Shown piece by piece: positions 28,601 to 35,962 of a stretch of 64,000 nucleotides of DNA. The position numbers were made by a program, and so were the translations under genes. The notes below the pieces were generated by a model. The model was not told the origin of the DNA. It worked only from the letters and a program-made list of their open reading frames with translations, and searched no databases. The stretch is taken from assembly GCA_965279035.1 (NCBI GenBank), contig OZ257142.1, positions 2,368,001 through 2,432,000 of the forward strand, in the 5' to 3' direction. The first letter of the stretch is position 1. Each line of letters starts with the position of its first letter. The stretch comes from Bacteroidia bacterium. GTDB lineage: Bacteria > Bacteroidota > Bacteroidia > M30B66.

Positions 28601-31443
28601 AGTGATCCAATAACATTATCAGGCCCATTTAATATTAAATTATGAGTTGTATTGGTCATATTAATATCACCAGCACCGGATAAAGAATTCGAAACAGTAA
28701 TTGTTCTAGCAGTTGTAATTCCGAATACGAGTGAACCTGAAGAAACAGATAGATCACTAGTAGTAAATCCATTGCTTGTTAATGTCAGTGTTGAGCCTGG
28801 TTTATTTACTATTACTTGAGTAAATACAGGAACTGAAACATTAAACATTGTTGCTGCAGTATTACCTCCAAATGTTTGAATACCAGAAATAACTAATGTA
28901 CCTGAAGCAAAATTGAAATTACCATTTACTGCTATGTCGGCCATGGTTTTAACACCTGCAGCAGTAAATCCAATATGATAGTACGTTGCAGTTTTTATTG
29001 ATTGTGCTGCTCCACTGTAATTGAATGTATTACCAGCCGCCGAAACGGTGAAGTTTCCAGCTGTATTCATAGGCGCTAATGCACCTTGATAATTAGTTAG
29101 TGCATTGGCACTATTGATAAATTCAGAAGCACCTGAAATTCCATCAAGATTTCCTCGAATGACCAAACCACCCGCAGTTGTAATTGTATTAGTTAAAACA
29201 ATTCCTGCATCAATATCAATTTCCCCAATGCTAATTGAAGCACTTGTTCCACTAATTGATTGGTTATTATTTTTGAAAGTACTTAATGCAACTGCCGGTA
29301 GATTTAAAGTACCATTGGCAACAATTCCATTATAAAATTCAAATGAATGTGCTGTTGCTGCAGTTGAAGAAAATGTAGCACCAGAATTAATTGTTACAAC
29401 CGTAGAGAATATATCTAAACCGCTCGCATTATTATCGGTTAATGTTCCATTTAAGGTTAATACTCCGTTTTGAGTAAAATTACCACTTGTAATGGTTAAA
29501 GTAATTCCAGAATTAATTGTTAAAGCATCTGCAATTGTTGTCGCACCTGCATTCAATGTTTTTATGTTTGAACCTGAAAGAATAAGTGTAGAATAACTTA
29601 TTCCAGGAATAGATTGTGCAGCACCAGTGAAATTAACTGTATTGGTTGAAGCTGATGCAGTTAAGAATCCTGCTGTTACAAATGGTAATGCTGAATTGTT
29701 ATAATTCAATATAGATCCATTAGCATTTATCCAATTTGAAGCAGCATTTGCACCATTTAATGCACCTGTTAAACTAGCTGTACCATTGTTTGTAAATACA
29801 ACACTATTGGCTAACGTAGTTGATCCAGAAACAGTTAAACTTTTTCCTGATGCTATGTCACTCAATGCATTCAGTGCTAAATTTCCCGAAAATGTTAGTA
29901 AAGGACTTACAGAAAAAGTGGTTGAACCATTAACAGCGATAGCTCCTGCCATCGTGATAGATGTTGAACTGCTGAATGTATTTGTATTGGTAAATGTTAC
30001 TGCACCTGTACCTGTTTGTGAAAACGTTCCAGCATTATTAATTCCACCTAGGAATTCAAGAGGGCTTGTTGATGCACTACTAAAAGTTCCACCAGAATTT
30101 ACGGTAAGTAATCCAATATAGATATCTGAACCAGCAGCTGTTCCATCAGTAATAGAACCGCCCGTTAATATGGTTGTTGTTCCATTGGTAGTGAAATTTC
30201 CAGCTCCTAAGTTGAGTGCAGCAGAAACACTTGTATTACCTGTTACACTGATGGATGCAGTTGCAGCACCAACCGAAATGCTTGCATTATTTGTTAAAGA
30301 ACCTAATGTTATAGCATTGCTTCCAGAAATGGTTGTAGCACCATTTACTATTACAGAACCTGCAAAACTAATTGCAGCATTTGCTGTAATGGTTGAAGTA
30401 TTAGTAAATGTTACATTTCCAATTCCAGCTTGATTTAAAGTCCCTGCATTGGTTAGTCCAGCACGAAATTCTAAAGTTGAATTTCCTGCACACGTAAATG
30501 ACCCACCTGCATTTACATTGACCAATCCAACAAAAACATTAGCACCAGCATCATTTGCATCAGTGATAGATCCAGTTCCTGTAACTGTTGTTGTCCCTGT
30601 ATTGGTGAAATTTCCAGCACCTAAATTCAATGATCCTGAAATGGAACTTGTTCCAGTAATATTGAATGTTGTTGTTGAAGCACCAACACTTATGCTTGAA
30701 GGTAAAATCAAACTAGCAAACGTAATGGTAGATGTACCTGCAATGGAAGTTGCTCCATTCACTGTTACTGCCCCTCCAAAACTAATGGAATTGTTTGCAG
30801 TTAGTGAATTTGCATTTGTCAATGTAACTGCACCGGTTCCAACTTGAGTAAATGTTCCAGAATTTACAATTCCTCCTCTAAATTCAATTGGAGAATTAGC
30901 AGCAGAACTGAATGTACCTCCAGAATTAACTGTTAGCAATCCGATGTAAATATTCGTACCTGAATTATTACCATCAGATATAGTTCCTCCAGAATTAATT
31001 GTTGAAGTTCCTGAGCAAGTATAACTGCTGGCTCCTAAGGCTAAAGTACCAGCAATCGTGCTGTTACCCGAAATAGCTATTGCTCCAGTTGCCGCACCTA
31101 CGTTTATCGTTCCATTAACAACCAAGTCGCCACTTGCGCTTAGTGTATTTGTGCCCGACATGGTTAGTACTTTCCCCGAATTAATCGTTAAATTAATCAT
31201 CGATGCAGCGGCATTCACCGAAACTGGACCATCGATTATAACCGACTTTGTAGAAGTAGGAATTACACCACCAACCCAGGTTGAAGTGCTATTCCAATTT
31301 CCACCGGTTGTAGTACTACTAATGGTTTGAGCATTAATACTGAATGCAAGCAATAGAGAAAAGAACAGCAAAGCCCAAAGCTTCCTATTCTTTATATAAT
31401 AATTGCTTTTGTTTTCTTTAAAACTAGTAGAAGTCTTCATCAT
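19675..31443 (-). CDS. Giant T9SS type-A cargo (3922 aa) with beta-helix/G8-like repeats, putative surface protein
   Basis: Signal peptide (LWALLFFSLLLAFSINA-Q); recurring G-x-W-x4-W motifs; G/T/S/N-rich beta-solenoid-like sequence; C-terminal LPISLVSF..WSTASE.NN, then IMPNP..GAYHL CTD. Confidence 0.9.
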   Translation of the reverse strand: MMKTSTSFKENKSNYYIKNRKLWALLFFSLLLAFSINAQTISSTTTGGNWNSTSTWVGGVIPTSTKSVIIDGPVSVNAAASMINLTINSGKVLTMSGTNTLSASGDLVVNGTINVGAATGAIAISGNSTIAGTLALGASSYTCSGTSTINSGGTISDGNNSGTNIYIGLLTVNSGGTFSSAANSPIEFRGGIVNSGTFTQVGTGAVTLTNANSLTANNSISFGGAVTVNGATSIAGTSTITFASLILPSSISVGASTTTFNITGTSSISGSLNLGAGNFTNTGTTTVTGTGSITDANDAGANVFVGLVNVNAGGSFTCAGNSTLEFRAGLTNAGTLNQAGIGNVTFTNTSTITANAAISFAGSVIVNGATTISGSNAITLGSLTNNASISVGAATASISVTGNTSVSAALNLGAGNFTTNGTTTILTGGSITDGTAAGSDIYIGLLTVNSGGTFSSASTSPLEFLGGINNAGTFSQTGTGAVTFTNTNTFSSSTSITMAGAIAVNGSTTFSVSPLLTFSGNLALNALSDIASGKSLTVSGSTTLANSVVFTNNGTASLTGALNGANAASNWINANGSILNYNNSALPFVTAGFLTASASTNTVNFTGAAQSIPGISYSTLILSGSNIKTLNAGATTIADALTINSGITLTITSGNFTQNGVLTLNGTLTDNNASGLDIFSTVVTINSGATFSSTAATAHSFEFYNGIVANGTLNLPAVALSTFKNNNQSISGTSASISIGEIDIDAGIVLTNTITTAGGLVIRGNLDGISGASEFINSANALTNYQGALAPMNTAGNFTVSAAGNTFNYSGAAQSIKTATYYHIGFTAAGVKTMADIAVNGNFNFASGTLVISGIQTFGGNTAATMFNVSVPVFTQVIVNKPGSTLTLTSNGFTTSDLSVSSGSLVFGITTARTITVSNSLSGAGDINMTNTTHNLILNGPDNVIGSLTTDANNSSVTYTRNGDQSIFNSVSYRNLVLGGSGIKSIIGGVRVLNSLTMSAAGNYYLNLGNNDFKISSAATLTGTFSATRYIITGGTGVLIKEGTTTAQLRTSMNTNGLFPVGSGGYYTPYQLNSLTGTIVGTSSISIRAVASRQPNVPYFNNALTKYWEIETANITVTSANAQFSFNASEVIGSVAGYVPRVWDGLTLSAGSGGSTPSTPGSNPFFVNNNTFLAGSWTAVDPTIRAALYSYQSGDWSSANTWTTDPSGNTLVSPMVPGAGDQVIILNGRTVTTSVSRTVGSVTINSGGVLDLGASTGHSFGPIAGEGRMRLTTTSLPSGNYLSFVSSTGGTIEYYNLGASPVTLSTTQTTYNNLEINNSTASNTVTILNSDLVVNGNFSLNKTGSANNTFTIGSAATSRTLTFNKNISLTSGSFWNIGSFNAIHTINVYGNLINSGSIDFTNAADYTAPTTGAANIYFFGINANTALTCNAGSTTTLYGFQSTKATGYELSVTAAATATLNFVSDGNTFVANNNGILRFGNNITIPRMIGNGGGNYDLGSPSSLPVLWIDGASITYNASGAIVPYGTLKITSGTLTCQAGQGGIVIRESGLILIQGGTVNARMIRTSVTAATHRGTYIQSGGTVTLSGDNGAEQGYYAVFSLPYNENVFKMSGGILNITRANTVGAFCPNGGIMIGSLAQNIDVIGGTVNINISGNNGFDISSRAPFWDLNIAKTITGTGAVRIAPITWSYSGNIANQSTLPAYPLTVLNDLNLVTSTYSGALNANGYDVICSGNYTIQNGTTYTTGLNTTMFNGTSNQVFTVSGSIGTGLNNLTVDKSGTTLTFAGTASTIASNGNLSILAGTLADGGKTLSFKGNIINSGVHSGTGKIQLNSSTSSQSISGSGTGIFQNLDISNTNGSAGSVQVNMLDPMTITGVFNMATDRLFNIANYQLTFTASGSITSSPGTFSSNRFIKTSGFLSDGGLKKTYSVASTSFTFQFGTGTSYTPAIVTFTAAPVTWGTLDLRPVTARQLYVTNIDCFNYYWKVNQTGFTGIPAGTTNLWFNYGNLADNTTYIPGYYNFQSISYTTINNVNAVDETFNVIYFNNFNFLEGDYTAGIPAAFGTVVPYYSRTSGNWNTASTWSNSGFGGTASATIPTASVPVFIGDGNTYNHTVAVTSNATVSGSLLIGAGSTLDLGTTTGNNFGALPYSTAGGSGKIKISSASSTAEFPAGDFGLFFQNNGGTTEYYTTAGNYTIPTVTASPTSMNIQSYKNLIVAPTSSYQITLPNSDLDIYQNITVNGANTTSDVAVNDASSKTMNILGDLIVNGGRFRFKNSFAQTINLTGNLTIASGALVDVSSSGSIVHSLNIYGNLTNNGTLDLNNASDVSLSLLGTLPANILGTNVSAVTDLYNLIINKGNSQTIVVDASLLGTLTATNDNWLSITNGTFRFSKGSTITLTSGSDVSYTIPSNGKLSVNNAAAIVNVGQNNTGGSDLIIAGGLEIIDGTVNVGASAYSSHNDIEYSPTDFPSISVKNNGVLNVNGQIRRSVYALQGALTYSQSDNSTVLVRGKNPDASGSFNLDRAKFEILNDGSSFSMSGNSLLIIDKTGLASNMFGDIYLNPASYSITGGEVRIGTGNTGAAMNFDMTSTSPFWNFTVDGTTTSKTLNNLTNPTTFLNNLTIDGNSIFKANGLDITVNGNIINRNSNASTGISVGGYQAGTNAQTTYLTGSTSNQSITGVTGNILNFANLVISNTYPTGGINLTASVSNVRVNGSLTMNSGSLNILDNTFTSVGNILTNVNSTTTTGNFVLGGTSAQIISGNGNASFQNVNMLNAAGVELTAPLTINGNLNFTTGLFYINNYLLTLGVNASISGTLNTSNMIRVNGVISDAGVKKLYPASASNFTFPIGTTLKYTPATINLTSNSIAGTITVLPISVKHPATTDPLNLELTYYWSVNSTGLSPSVTATHIYNYHPNDAINGDETQYRAGRYFNNQWTPINGIAGAVNAATDKITLTAVNYIKGDFTAGESTEFGAIQTYFSRNATLGGNWSDLNSWSTDATLQHAGPPCTTAPSSNNFVIAAGHTINCQVSDINLQSPVAVINGTLNLNSTSGHNFGVVSGTGTVRLTPNGVNQFIFPGGDFSVFTSNTGGEIEYSSTVSSLLPLQSTYNHIKFSGAGTKSLANVNLLINGDVTINAGSVSNASNRNLTLLGNWTNSVGLSGYVPGTGMFMLSGANQNITGSTNFYHLNTSTAGIKTLYSSIYVNNKLTLGQGIFSTGNNELVMTVSSTVIGGSTSSYVNGNLRKYLPAGTLTSLFEIGDNNYYTPAEITFQGSILGSGNILARTDAGDHANIYLSGINDLKSCNRTWTLTPTSLSGYTGISMKLNFNTADLDVSANLLSFTGGYYTGSTWMIASSATPQLNYTQLTGLTGLGVFQLGEAINGIIWTGATSTAWNNANNWLPNTIPGSNDNIVIGLVSNQPNLTTGADGLGKNLTLYSGTTVTIGSGKTVNINGAITSTNASILGSGTLNINSTSGALDGNLIVSSHLAVASGAIFSMHSGADLELGRDFTVQGQFFPGSESVTFFGSQSSSINSLARVIFNNLIINKADPTLALILNENIQVNGTLSMLSGDIDLTTKILDLSSSGNVIGETNSNRIFGTTGTITLQRAINAPNALNVGGLGAEITSTENFGTTTIIRGNQQQVYNAGFGMNRYYEIHPTNNSNLDATLKFNYYDDELNTQLGSILETEIDLWRFDGAYWNVQFATLDALNNQLVKTNIPQFSTWTGGSKTNNALPISLVSFDGICNGSMINLNWSTASELNNKLFFLEESPDAKQWLTVKTVQGAGNSTTNKNYSETVSSNYSEGSYYRLTQVDFNGNSRTFDPIFVNCEKSLSNEVSIMPNPAVDIANVTIQASEAMEVNMNLFSSSGQILFSQKVRMSKGSNVVKLDVSALPPGAYHLNISNDKKIELTGSRSIIKR
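29990..31230 (-). repeat. Three 414-bp (138-aa) diverged tandem repeats near the N terminus of the 3922-aa protein
   Basis: (I/V)(Y/F)(I/V)GL..VN(S/A)GG(T/S)F..EF.(G/A)G(I/L).N.GT motif anchored at 30920, 30506 and 30092. Confidence 0.8.
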
Positions 31444-31643
31444 GCTAAATGATTAATCCTTGTAAATAAAATTGATTGTGGAGCAATTGATAAAATGTAT
31501 TTCTCTGCTTGAGCAGGTATACCATAGTAAAAGGGCTGCATCACCAATGCTTTCGACATGGGGAAACAGCCTTTAACTTTCTCAATTCGTTGTGAAATGA
31601 GATTGGAGTTTGTGAAATACGGGGCAGTGTAAATTTTAACCAT
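31440..31643 (-). CDS. Possible 67-aa upstream ORF/leader peptide coupled to the 3922-aa gene
   Basis: ATG start with A-rich upstream sequence. The TGA stop overlaps the downstream ATG (ATGA). No homology evidence is available. Confidence 0.35.
   Translation of the reverse strand: MVKIYTAPYFTNSNLISQRIEKVKGCFPMSKALVMQPFYYGIPAQAEKYILSIAPQSILFTRINHLA
31529..31574 (-). promoter_or_regulatory. Leader hairpin with GAAA tetraloop and a 3' U-tract (attenuator-like)
   Basis: Minus strand AAAGGCTGTTTCCCCATGTC-GAAA-GCATTGGTGATGCAGCCCTTTT. Confidence 0.45.
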
Positions 31644-31987
31644 AGCTTTTCAATCATTAATGCACCATTCTACTTCTATAAGAGTGAAATGGTTTTGTGT
31701 ACTTAATGAAAGAACTTACTAGTTAAAACCTAATATATTATAGGATTGAAATAAGAGAAAAGTGATTCTTATGTATTAAATATCAGATCGATACAATTTT
31801 TATTATTGAAATTAGAATTTAAAAAATCAACTAAATAGTATTTCAAATTACATCATAGTTCAATATGATCCCAATCGATTAAAATCAAATTCATAAAACA
31901 GATATGGATTCAAAAAAATACAATTCAACTTACTTGAAATTCAAAATTGAATTATCAAGTTTGAATGAAATAGAGCAAGAAATTTTT

Positions 31988-32863
31988 CTATAAATTGGAG
32001 TAACGTCCAAAAACTCCTAGTGGTAATTGTTGTCCACTGGTAGATGGTAAATACAATTCACCAATCTCCAATTTTGAATTAGGATGTGGTGTTTGAATGA
32101 AGTGGTTTTGAAGAATTAAAGAAGAAAAACCAAGCGAATAGGTATTCAAAATCAAGAAATGTTCTTCTGGATTTAATAGTTGAAGTACATCTTTAATTAG
32201 TTCATTGAGTTGTTTTTCGAGTTTCCAACTTTCACCATTAGCGCCATGTCCAAAAGCTGGAGGATCCATGATAATTCCATGGTAAGTATTTCCTCTCCGA
32301 AGTTCGCGCTTCACAAATTTCATGGCATCTTCAATCACCCAACGGATATCACTCAAGCCCGAATGTGTTTGATTTTCATTGGCCCATGTAACAACCTGTT
32401 TAATCGAATCAACATGTGTCACATCTGCACCAGCCGATTTTGCCGCAAGTGAAGCTGCTCCTGTGTAAGCAAAAAGATTTAGGAATTTGGGTTGTTGAGT
32501 TTTAAGCTTGCTGATACTGTTTCCTATATGATCCCAATTCACCGCTTGTTCAGGAAAAACTCCAACATGTTTAAACGAAGTGAGTGCTAAACGTAATTTT
32601 AATTTAACGTTTTTCTTCTCATACCGAATCATCCAGCGATCGGGCATGGGTTTAATCTTTTCCCAGATTCCTGAAGAACTACTTTTTGCTACAAAACGAA
32701 CATGGGCTCGCTTATTCCAATCGCTTTCTTTATATATTTTATCCCAAAGTGCCTGTGGTTCAGGACGTATCGTAATGTATTCTCCAAAACGTTCTAGTTT
32801 CTCGAAATTGCCTGAATCGATCAGTTCGTAATCAGCAAATTGGGTAGGGTGTAGTAAAAGCAC
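31988..32863 (-). CDS. Class I SAM-dependent methyltransferase (RlmI/RlmK-like family)
   Basis: DYELIDSG..EKLERFG, FKHVGVFPEQ, LNLFAYTG, HVDS, DPPAFG. GTG 32863 chosen as start because the track's TTG at 32869 lies inside the -7 box. Confidence 0.85.
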   Translation of the reverse strand: MLLLHPTQFADYELIDSGNFEKLERFGEYITIRPEPQALWDKIYKESDWNKRAHVRFVAKSSSSGIWEKIKPMPDRWMIRYEKKNVKLKLRLALTSFKHVGVFPEQAVNWDHIGNSISKLKTQQPKFLNLFAYTGAASLAAKSAGADVTHVDSIKQVVTWANENQTHSGLSDIRWVIEDAMKFVKRELRRGNTYHGIIMDPPAFGHGANGESWKLEKQLNELIKDVLQLLNPEEHFLILNTYSLGFSSLILQNHFIQTPHPNSKLEIGELYLPSTSGQQLPLGVFGRYSNL

Positions 32864-32866
32864 GCA

Positions 32867-32874
32867 CAAAGATA
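32867..32874 (-). promoter_or_regulatory. -7 box (TATCTTTG) 3 nt before the GTG start
   Basis: Minus strand TATCTTTG-TGC-GTG. Confidence 0.6.
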
Positions 32875-32910
32875 CAAACTTGACTCAGGTAGAGAATGCT
32901 CATTCGTTTA

Positions 32911-32944
32911 CAAAAAAAAGGTCCGGATGACGAATCTACGGACC
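32911..32944 (-). terminator. Terminator of the 955-aa gene
   Basis: GGTCCG..GAT/ATC..CGGACC stem followed by T8 on the minus strand. Confidence 0.7.
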
Positions 32945-32960
32945 ATTACTATTGAATTTT

Positions 32961-35828
32961 TTACTTCATCAACTTCATTGTTTGGATTTTACCATTCGAC
33001 ATACTCAAATTCAAAATATACAAACCATTGGATAAATCAGTAGTATCGAACCAAGAAGTTGATTGGATAATTCTCCGTTCAACCAAACGACCATCAGATT
33101 GAAACAATTGAACAATAATACGTTCTGATTGATTCAATTGAATTTGAAATCCTTCTGAAAAAAATGTTGGATTAACATGAATATTATCTTTCTCTAAATC
33201 AGAAATATACGTACAAACATCTACACTAATACTTCCGCTAGCGCTACTGCTACATCCATTGCTGGCTGTATAGGTATAAACCGGATTGTAAGTTCCTACA
33301 GACAAGCTGCTTGGATCGAAAAATCCATTGTTAACTGCCACACCCGACCATGTTCCACCTGAGGGACTACCACCTGATAATTCAACCAAACCACCATTGA
33401 TACAAACGGCAGATTGGAAATCAACGAAAACGATTGGAGCATCGGTGTTTTGAGTGATAGTAACAGATACAGATTTGCTACATCCGGCTTGAGTTACAAT
33501 AACTGTATAAAATCCACCAGTTGTAATTGTATTATTTGCCGTATTCAGCGATGAGCCAGCATTCCAAGAGTATGAACTTCCGCCACTAGCAGATAATTGA
33601 ATGGAAGGAGTGGAACAGGTTATTTCAGTTTCACCATTGGTATTAATAGTTGCTGATGGTAATGCAACAACATTAAATAATGTCGAACCAGTGCTAGTGA
33701 AATTGGGTGAGGTAGAATGAATTCGTACTGAATAAGAGCCACTTGTTAAATTGCTAGGAAGCGTTCCAGAAATCAAACCACCCGATTGTGCAGACAAACT
33801 TCCAATGACAACAGGTGTAGTAAATGTACCACCAACATTACTTAATTCTAAGTCAAACGTGTTTCCGGAATTATATTGTCCAGTACTTGAAAAATCAACA
33901 TTTACAACTGATCCAGCGCAATTTGATACCTGTGAAACCGATGATATGGATGCACTCACTGGTTGTGCTACTAAAAAGCAACAAGCGGAAGTCCAGTCGC
34001 TAGCTAAAGTGCCTTCTACAGCTCGAACTCGCCAGCAATAATTACTTCCTTGTGGAAGAGCACCTGTAGAATAGGTTGTGCCTGTTAAGCCTGTCACCGA
34101 TGGATTTCCGCTGAATGATAAGGAAGAATTTGTAATCTCTAATTGATAACTATTAGCAGTACCTGTTCCGGTCCAGTTAAGTGTTACACCCGAAAAAGGC
34201 TGATTAGTTAAACCGCAGTTTCCTGCTGCTACAGTAGGAGATGGAGGAAGCACAACAGGTGCATTTCCCGTCGAAAACCAACGTTGTGTCCATGCAGATG
34301 TATCAACACCATTTATAGCTCGAACGCGCCAGAAATAAACGGTATTAGCTAATAATCCAGTTAATCCTTGTTGGGTATCTGAATTTCCATCCGTAGAATT
34401 CACATAATTCTTGGTAACTTCCAGTAAATTGCCTGTATTAAACAAATTACTCACATCAATCTGCATTTGATAATACGTAACTCCCGAATGTGGTGCCCAA
34501 TTTAATGTTGGATTCAAACTTATATTTAATGCAGCATCAGCTGGATAAGATAAATTCACATAATTCCGAGTATTAATCGACCAAACAGTTGACCAAGTAC
34601 AGGTATCCACTGCATTCCGAGCTCTCACTCTCCAATAATAGGTTTTACCAAAATAGATATCGTACAAATAAGTTTGTGTATCGTTATTTCCATCGGTTGA
34701 ATTAATGTATGCATTCGAGCCAGTGCGAAAAGCAGGTGAAGTAAAGGATGCTAAAGTATCTGCTTGCCAATCATAATAAGAAACACCGGAATGAGGCGCC
34801 CAATTGATTGTACATCCAGTCCATTGATCTGTACCTGAAGTTGGACTTGATTGCGTCACATAATCACGCACATTAATCGTCCAGACCGTTGACCATAAAC
34901 ATGTATCTACCGCATTTCGAGCTCTCACTCTCCAATAATAGGTTTTGCCAAAATAGATATCGTACAAATAGGTTTGAGTATCGCTATTTCCATCGGTTGA
35001 ATTAATGTATGCATTCGATCCAGATCGAAATGCTGGAGAAGAAAACGAGGCTGATGTATCTGCTTGCCAATCATAATAAGAAACACCGGAATGTGGTGCC
35101 CAATTTAATGTACAACCAGACCATTGATCTGAACCTGAACTTGGACTTGATTGCGTTACATAATCACGTACGTTAATGGTCCATAGGGTTGACCAAGTAC
35201 ATGTATCTACAGCATTTCGAGCTCTTACTCTCCAATAATAGGTTTTGCCAAAATAAATATCGGTTAAGTATTGTTGAGTGTCATTATTTCCTTCGGTTGA
35301 ATTAATGTAAGCATTAGAGCCAGAACGAAATGCTGGTGAAGAAAACGATGCAGATGTATCTGCTTGCCAATCATAAAAAGAAACACCCGTATGTGGAGCC
35401 CAATTTAATGTTACCCCAGCCCATTGATCAGAGCCTGTTGTTGGTGAAGTTTGAGTTACATAATCACGTGTAATAAAGGTTGAATTGGTCCAAGTCGACG
35501 TATCATTTGTCACATAAGCCCGAACTCTCCAATAATAGGTTTTTCCAAAATACAGATTGGCTGGATAGTCTTCCGTGTCGCTATTTCCACTAGTAGAGTT
35601 GATATAGGCTTTAAAGTTATTTTGAAATACCGGTGAATTAAACGTTGCAACTGTGTCCCATTGAACTTGATATCCAGCCGAATTTGAAACTGAAGACCAA
35701 TTAATTGTTACACCAACCCAAACAGTTGAGCCATTTGTTGGAGAGGTTACACTTGGGGCATTCCAGGCAAACGAAAAGGGAATTAAAAGGACCATGAAAA
35801 GTCCAGTTAAAAGAATTTTTGATTTCAT
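32961..35828 (-). CDS. T9SS type-A cargo with fibronectin type III-like repeats (955 aa)
   Basis: Signal peptide; five ~100-aa repeats (L.W....Y..Q.D...F..Y(Y/F)WRVRA) plus a sixth diverged one; Ig-like region; C-terminal VNPT..GLYILN..MKLMK CTD. Confidence 0.85.
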   Translation of the reverse strand: MKSKILLTGLFMVLLIPFSFAWNAPSVTSPTNGSTVWVGVTINWSSVSNSAGYQVQWDTVATFNSPVFQNNFKAYINSTSGNSDTEDYPANLYFGKTYYWRVRAYVTNDTSTWTNSTFITRDYVTQTSPTTGSDQWAGVTLNWAPHTGVSFYDWQADTSASFSSPAFRSGSNAYINSTEGNNDTQQYLTDIYFGKTYYWRVRARNAVDTCTWSTLWTINVRDYVTQSSPSSGSDQWSGCTLNWAPHSGVSYYDWQADTSASFSSPAFRSGSNAYINSTDGNSDTQTYLYDIYFGKTYYWRVRARNAVDTCLWSTVWTINVRDYVTQSSPTSGTDQWTGCTINWAPHSGVSYYDWQADTLASFTSPAFRTGSNAYINSTDGNNDTQTYLYDIYFGKTYYWRVRARNAVDTCTWSTVWSINTRNYVNLSYPADAALNISLNPTLNWAPHSGVTYYQMQIDVSNLFNTGNLLEVTKNYVNSTDGNSDTQQGLTGLLANTVYFWRVRAINGVDTSAWTQRWFSTGNAPVVLPPSPTVAAGNCGLTNQPFSGVTLNWTGTGTANSYQLEITNSSLSFSGNPSVTGLTGTTYSTGALPQGSNYCWRVRAVEGTLASDWTSACCFLVAQPVSASISSVSQVSNCAGSVVNVDFSSTGQYNSGNTFDLELSNVGGTFTTPVVIGSLSAQSGGLISGTLPSNLTSGSYSVRIHSTSPNFTSTGSTLFNVVALPSATINTNGETEITCSTPSIQLSASGGSSYSWNAGSSLNTANNTITTGGFYTVIVTQAGCSKSVSVTITQNTDAPIVFVDFQSAVCINGGLVELSGGSPSGGTWSGVAVNNGFFDPSSLSVGTYNPVYTYTASNGCSSSASGSISVDVCTYISDLEKDNIHVNPTFFSEGFQIQLNQSERIIVQLFQSDGRLVERRIIQSTSWFDTTDLSNGLYILNLSMSNGKIQTMKLMK
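34270..35760 (-). repeat. Five ~300-bp FN3-coding repeats; the central three are near-identical
   Basis: ctctccaataataggttt recurs near 34628, 34928, 35228 and 35525. Confidence 0.9.
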
Positions 35829-35962
35829 ATGTTGAATGGGTTAATTGCTTGAAAAGTAGAGAAAAAAATAGAAAATCGTGTTTGAAAAAAGGGTTGATTT
35901 ATTCAACTATCTAAGACGAAACAAAAAGAATTCTCGTTATTTACATTCAATCAACAAGCAAT

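Noticed and set aside
11028-31330. Many 60-130 aa ORFs overlapping the two giant genes
   Set aside because: Antisense or off-frame artefacts of Thr/Ser/Gly/Ala-rich repetitive coding; they recur with the repeat period.
9428-35828. T9SS gene block as a mobile genomic island
   Set aside because: No integrase, transposase, tRNA or flanking direct repeats were seen, and a housekeeping-type methyltransferase lies inside it.
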